This document shows, one piece after another, positions 57,725-64,000 of a DNA stretch of 64,000 nt (its first letter is position 1; the number at the start of each line of letters is the position of its first letter). The position numbers and the translations under genes are program-made. A model generated the notes under the pieces. That model ran no database searches and was not told the DNA's origin. It saw only the letters and a list, made by a program, of their open reading frames with translations. The DNA comes from Pocillopora damicornis (taxonomy: Eukaryota), in contig NW_020844403.1 in assembly GCF_003704095.1 (NCBI RefSeq), forward strand, positions 62,001 to 126,000. Reading direction: 5' to 3'.

Positions 57725-58829
57725 ATCAGAACAATTGTTGATCAGTTTTTCTGATACCATGTAAATGAGTTTCTTCCCTTAACATGCTACTCCCAGTATG
57801 GAAATTTCCCAAATGCAGGGCTTTAACGCTGTGACCAGTTTGGTCACCATAATGATTAGAAAAAAAAGATTGGTGATTAAAGAGTTGAACTTAAAGCTTG
57901 AAGTATAGTGGAACGATGGGATTTTTTCCCTAGAAAATATTGAATTTTTAATTTTTTTTCAGTTCTAACTTTGAGAGGAGCTTTATGGTTTTTTTTTTAG
58001 GTACTGAATCTTAAACTTAGGGACCAGTTATTTACACAAAGTCCAACCCAAACCACAGTTTTATGCAATCAGTGTGCCTCAGGCTTTCTCTAAAAGAGGG
58101 CTAATTTGATTAAATCAATGCCCTTTCACTGTTAGCTTTTGGCCCTCTTGACTCTGTTTCAGTTAACAAATGTTCACATAAAAGATTTTGCTAAATTGAA
58201 GATTATTTAGGAGGCGGTTTTGTTAAACAGTGGCTAAACTTTTTGTGTATAATTGCCCTAAGTTTTTAGATCATGGTAATTTATTTCAGATATTGACAGA
58301 GACTATATTATATAACAAAATCGAATAAAAGAGTATAATTATCTAAAATCTGACCTAGTCTTATCTTTTTAAGTGTAACTTGTTTGTTGTTTTTGAGTTC
58401 ATTTTGTTTTGTTCTCTGCATCTTTATGGACGTTCGGAACAAGTAGAAGTCATTGGAGACGCTTACTAGATTATAAGGCAAAATTTATTCATCTTAACGG
58501 ACCAAACTTTGTCAATGAAACATTCCCCTTGAGACAGGTGCGGAACTTTTTCAGGGCAAGTTCGTATCTCCTTTTTCTTAACAAACCGTTGTAACGTATC
58601 CGTTCCAGTTTCCACAAAGTGACTTCATTTTTCCTCATCTTTGAATTCCGATTGTGAGGACTTCCTCACAACAAAAACATCACGAACTTACCCCTAAAAC
58701 TGTTTCAAGTTTTCCTAAGTATACAGATGGTCTAACCTCGTCTAATTATTATATGACCATCGCGTGACATTTGTTGTGTGACAGGGGAGTTTGCATGTGC
58801 GCTTGCGCAGTACGAGCGCTAAATTCAAA

Positions 58830-59784
58830 ATGGCGCATTTCAATGGATTTCCAAGACCAGGAAACAATACTTTCCGACCGCGATTTTCGTCTTTCCAAGG
58901 TCGCCCTCACTCAGATCTGGTTCATCCACCTCCTCTTATGGGTGGCCCACCTCCAAGAGTCCAATTTCCCTCTCAGGATTTCCCAACTGGCGGAGGCCTC
59001 ATTCAACAGACTCGACAACCATCACAACCCCCGAGACTATTAAACCAAAACTCTTCTCGACATTTTCGAGGTTCCGAAGCTGCGCAACGATTTCCAAATT
59101 CTAAGGAAAAGCTGCACAATATACTCCAAGGAGCTCTAAAGGGAAATTCACTGTCTTTCTCAAACAAAAAAGTGGATTTCAACTTTTGGCAGTCCACCGT
59201 GAATATACCCTGGCCAAGACCAATGTCTTTTGGTGGCGAAGGTTCATCTAAGCGAGAAGCTGAAAAAAATGCAGCTGCACTTGCTTGTGTTGAATTGGAG
59301 GTAGGAAGACATATAAATGTAAAGATTTCAGGAAAGTCTGAGAACAAATTCAAAGGGTCAAGTTACTTTGAGATCGAGAAGCTGATGGAAAGGAGCTAGG
59401 AACTTCAGTACAGCCTTTGAAATCCTCCCCACTCCCGAAACTGTCTTAACTCTTAAAAAATTCTCAAACGAGAAATGACCACTCAACCTAGTCCTTCATA
59501 TGACCCCACAAGCCTTAAAAAGATCTCCTTATTTCTCTGGGATGATCTGAAATGATCCTGAGGAATTTAAGACTGCAAATTAGCTCGCCCTATACAGCTT
59601 AACATTGGTAGCATATTTTCAATACTAATAAAGGGAATGAGTTTTTAAAGAAGCTGTGGTGCTGCATTGGTGGGAGAGTAATGGCAGGGTAATTAATTAT
59701 TATCAACTGAATTGATAACAAAACTATCCCAACAAACTAACCTCATACACCTTAACATCAGTAGCATATTCTCAATACTAATAG

Positions 59785-59817
<33 letters not shown>

Positions 59818-62800
59818 TGTTGGTGGGAGAGTATAACAGGGTAAGAATAATTAACTTTTACTCTTTCTGATGATCCTGTAAAAAGAAATTAGATATCCAT
59901 CATTCATGGGGGCTAAAGTGTTGTATGTGGGACTATGGATTGGGCTGTGGCTGGGTTGCATAGAGCCAAATTTATTTTGCAAGGCAACTGTTTGAGAATT
60001 AAAGCAATTAAAGCAGAGAATTACATAAAATAAGTGCACCTGGAAATAAGATATTGATTCCACATGTTTTTTTGGTTTGTTTGTTTTTTTGCAAAAATCA
60101 AAGATACAAAACTATGCATTTGATTATAGCTGGATTTGCATCTTGTCTATATGTCAATGGGGCTCAATGAACTGCAACTGGGTTTCAAAATGCCTTGTCA
60201 TCTATCTATTGATCTTGACAGAGACTTGGAGTTGCAAGTGTTGGAGCGGCCAGTGTTTTAAAGAAAGAAGCCATGGAGAACAAAGATGAACCCCGCTGGA
60301 TTTACATAGATGATGAGAAATTGTCTAAAGTTGAATCATTTTTGTTAAAATACTCAGTACTCAGGCAGCAACCTTATGAACCCAGAATTCAGCAGCAGAT
60401 ATTGCAGTGCCAGCCAGCTCAAGTAGCTGAAAAATCACTAGGACCTGTCAATGAAATAGTGTTACCTGGAAGCAGTCATGAGAGTTATTCCCAGTCTGTA
60501 TCAACAAATCCAGAGGAGTTTAAGCAAGACCCTGTTATAGTCAAGGAACATGATTTTTTAAACTTTCCTGCCCAAAACACTTCTGAATCATTTATCAAAA
60601 AGAAGACACAATACAATGCTGACAGTTTTTCACCTTTGAATTCTTTTACCACATCCTCTGTAGTAAAAGATGTCTTTAGTGGTTCTCCATGGAAACCGTT
60701 ATTTTCAGAGCAACACAAGGAACTCAGCCGGCAGTTGCTTCAGGAATTTTCAAACAGGCAAAATATGCTGAGGTCAAGAAATTCATGCTTTAACAATGAG
60801 ACAAAGACATTGCCTGTTGCAAGTCACAGGTATATTGTGGTTTGTTAGCCTAAGATTATCCTCAGGCCATCTAGTCTTGTTCCCAGAGACTTTGTTTACT
60901 TGACCAGGGGTGGATGTTCACTCTACTGAGAAATGGTAGTGAAGGCCTTGGTCTTGTTTCCACATGTTTTTTTTTTCTCTTTTCAATGGTTTGGAAATAC
61001 TCTTTCACTAAAATATTTTAGTAGGTAATGTACCTTGAAAGGAAGGTGTTGGGGTGAAATTGGCTATTCTGACAAAACATGAATTCAAGGCCCATTTCTT
61101 GTTGATGCATTTTTGGATTCACAAAACCAAGAAAGCTGCAATAATGACAGGTTGTCAATGATATTATGCATATTCAGCACTTTTCAGATTTCTATGTGGC
61201 ATTTATTTAATTAAGTTGTTTTAAACCAAGAAATAAGTAATTTTTACTTATAACTTACCTTTTTCACCCCATGTTTTTAAGGGAGAATATCACTGAATTG
61301 ATTGAAAGAAACCGTGTTGTTGTTATCTCTGGAGAGACAGGATGTGGTAAAACTACTCAGGTAAGTTGGTATTAATTTCAGTTTAATTTATCTTTTGCTT
61401 ATTTCTTTGAAGGGTCTACTGAGACAGTGGAAAAATGTTTTGCAAATTAAACTTTGGTGAGGTAGCAAGACTCTGTCAGTTCTTCAACTAATTTGGCATT
61501 GACTTGTACTATACCAGTGCACCTGATAAGTTGCTAATATATGTTTAAAAAAGAAGAAATAGTAACTTGATCATTAACATTTTCATCCTCAAGAGTGATT
61601 AGCATCTAATTTCTCCTTGAAATATTCCCCCTGAATCATACATTAAGGTCGCAAGAATAAAGGAAATGATCCTCCATTAAAGAAGCTCTTGATTGTTAAA
61701 CAAATTCTCCTTGTCAGTATGTTAGGAAATTCATAGAGAATAGAATGGAGAATATGGATACTGATGTTAGGGTGTAGAGGGTTAATTTTTCCTGTCTTTG
61801 TGACTCATTAGATTCCTCAGTTCATTCTGGATGATGCCATACAAAAAGGCAAGGGCTCAGCCTGCAACATTGTTGTTACACAGGTACAATTGATCAAAAT
61901 TTTTATTATTAATAATGCAATAAATCAGTCATTTACCCTTAATTTTTTTTTTTACAGAAAAGAAAGCAGCAAGTCATTTACAAATAGTGATACTAATAAT
62001 TATTTGTCCTTACCTTTTCATGCAAACTATTTGTACCCTTTGTATTATTTTAACTTGTTGATATGCGAAGCATAGGAACAAGTAATGTGGGGATTTGAGG
62101 TGCAGTTTTTGTGGTATTAACTTGGTCTTAGGAGTTTGGGAAGAGCATGCATCTTATTAGAGATAGCTGACCTAGAAGTAAGAAACCAGTGAGGAATTTG
62201 GATTGCATTAATGCTTTTTACTTTGTGAAATGGCATGGTTCCAATTTGCTTAGAAACCTGAATACCATGTGGCTTGAACAAGTTTAATTAACTATCAAAA
62301 CTGTGGAAAACATTTTTTTTGGCTAAATAACTCTAAAAAAAAAAAAAGGTAGAAAGAAGCAAAATGTAGAAAAACTCATGCCTTTCAGTGTTGGGAAAAA
62401 GCAATGTGTGGTTTATTACTAACAAATCAATGCACATGTATGTCTTAGAATGGTGACATAAAACAATGCAGCAAAAATGTTAAGGGAAATGCAAAGGCAC
62501 ACAGGTGCTGACACATAATGTTTATTGCTCTTGTTATTTTTACAGCCACGTCGTATAGTGGCCATGTCAATTGCAGAGAGAGTGGCCTCAGAAAGGGATG
62601 AGATACTAGGAAAGAGTGTGGGTTACCAGGTATTGCCTCAGAGGACCAATATAGGTGACCTCTATTTTGAGTATTGTTTCAAATGATCATTAGCATGGAC
62701 TCTTCTGCTTGTTACCTAATGACATGTTACTGAGAAGAAGATCACCTTGCATATCAAAGTGCTACAGTCAATCTATATCAATTCGATTGTGTTGGATATC

Positions 62801-64000
62801 AAGTTTTACAGTCAATCTGCATCTTTCTGTACATATTCCCTGCCACTTCTTTTCATTTCATGACTGAAGTAGCCAGAAGAACCTTTTTCCTTTTTTTAAG
62901 TTCAAATGTTTTTTCTTCATCAATCGTGTTTATTGTTGGTCAATGTGGCATGTTTCACTGTCAGGTTAGACTGGAGGGCAGACTGCCATCACAGAAGGGC
63001 TGTATACTGTTTTGCACCACAGGAATACTACTCAGAAGAATGCAGAGTAATGCCCTTCTTAAAGGCAAGTGATGCATTTTAAAATTTTTTTTTTATTATC
63101 AAAAAACAAATGAAGAAAATTTTACAAAAATTTTAAAAAATACATCGAAGAGTTTTTTTTTAAAAAATGCTTTACTTTTCATGTTTTATCTCCTTTGTTG
63201 TATTTCTTTGACAGGTGTCAGTCATGTCATAGTTGATGAGGTGCATGAGCGGGATATCAACACAGATTTTCTTCTGATCCTCCTTAAAGATTTGCTTGAA
63301 AAAAACCAGGACATCAAGATCATAGTGATGAGTGCAACTGTGAATTCGGAAAGATTCTCACATTATTTTCGAGGGTATCTAGTGAATTCAATTCTCTTTT
63401 TTTTGTTTAGATAGGGGTTTACATGTAAACAATGAATGAAGAATAGAGAATGACAGAAGCTCCAGACCGAACCAATATGGTGTCTTAAATTACTGAGGAG
63501 AATGCACTGCTTTTTCTACAACATTTGCTAATGATCAGATGTTCTAGTCTTCTTGGATGAATTGTAGGCCTCATCTCCTGCATCTTTTCTGTACTGGTCA
63601 GCAGGGATGTTAAAAAACTGATGTCCTTTAAGCAAAGAGTAGAGAACATGGCTCCCAGTGTTGACTGGTGTGACTGGGCAAAATTTTCTGTCATGAAAAT
63701 TGTGAACTGCTTAATGCAGTCTGATGTAAGGCATATTAGAGCATAATGCATTATATGAAAACTGCATCACCATCAGTTGGCACAGAATGTTTAACACAGG
63801 CTTTGGTTTTTTTTATTATTATTTCGTTATTTATTAATTTATATTCAATTACTTATTTTTTATAAATAGCTGTCCCAGTCTGGTCATTCCAGGATTCACT
63901 CATGATGTGACAGAATACTTTTTGTCAGAGGTCTATGAATTCCTGAGCAGAACACCTTTATCCAAACCTGCAACTGTCAAGAGCAAACGGTTCAAGCCAG
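58830..64000 (+). CDS. DHX30: ATP-dependent RNA helicase DHX30-like (DEAH), 5' part; runs off the window
   Basis: Exons 58830-59300, 60222-60829, 61282-61360, 61812-61883, 62546-62629, 62965-63064, 63215-63374, 63870->64000. dsRBD-like [27 protein letters not shown], then [29 protein letters not shown] and MSAT. Confidence 0.88.
59598..59845. repeat. Imperfect ~152-bp tandem duplication of a composite (MITE start plus Penelope-like fragment)
   Basis: TTAACAT..GTAGCATATT.TCAATACTAATA...TAAAGAA.CTGTGGTGCTG..TTGGTGGGAGAGTA occurs at about 59600 and about 59752. Confidence 0.65.
61574..61785 (-). mobile_element. TTAA MITE copy in DHX30 intron 3
   Basis: TTAA at both ends; ends GATGTTAGGGTGTAGAGGGTTAA, 26 nt before the acceptor. 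Confidence 0.75.

Overview
AT-rich, intron-containing animal genomic DNA. The repeat families and gene structures suggest a scleractinian coral; this is inference. It is a dense housekeeping-gene cluster with three N-gaps. Genes in order: an orphan basic protein with tandem CCCH fingers (-), head-to-head with TUT1/Star-PAP (+); intronless KLHL18 (-); a yeast-Nop6-like RRM protein (-), head-to-head with HAP40/F8A (+); p23/PTGES3 (-), head-to-head with 19-exon selenoprotein O (+, in-frame UGA and a 3'UTR SECIS); ABRACL (-); TMUB (+); MFSD6 (+); MRPL32 (+); a ZnT2/8-type SLC30A zinc transporter (+, partly in a gap); and the 5' part of DHX30 (+). Non-coding DNA carries about 15 copies of TTAA-flanked piggyBac-type MITEs, a tRNA-derived SINE with intact TSD, a 903-bp DNA transposon with a 5-bp TSD, Penelope-like remnants with hammerhead-ribozyme-like motifs, a truncated CR1/L2-type LINE and palindromic repeats. 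The most notable points are SELENOO ending in RxxU rather than CxxU, the orphan C-x9-C-x10-C-x2-H finger gene sharing the TUT1 promoter, two GC-AG introns and the inverted hammerhead-like pair. No wholly new multi-gene system is demonstrable from sequence alone. Exon boundaries were assigned by hand from splice signals and reading frame.
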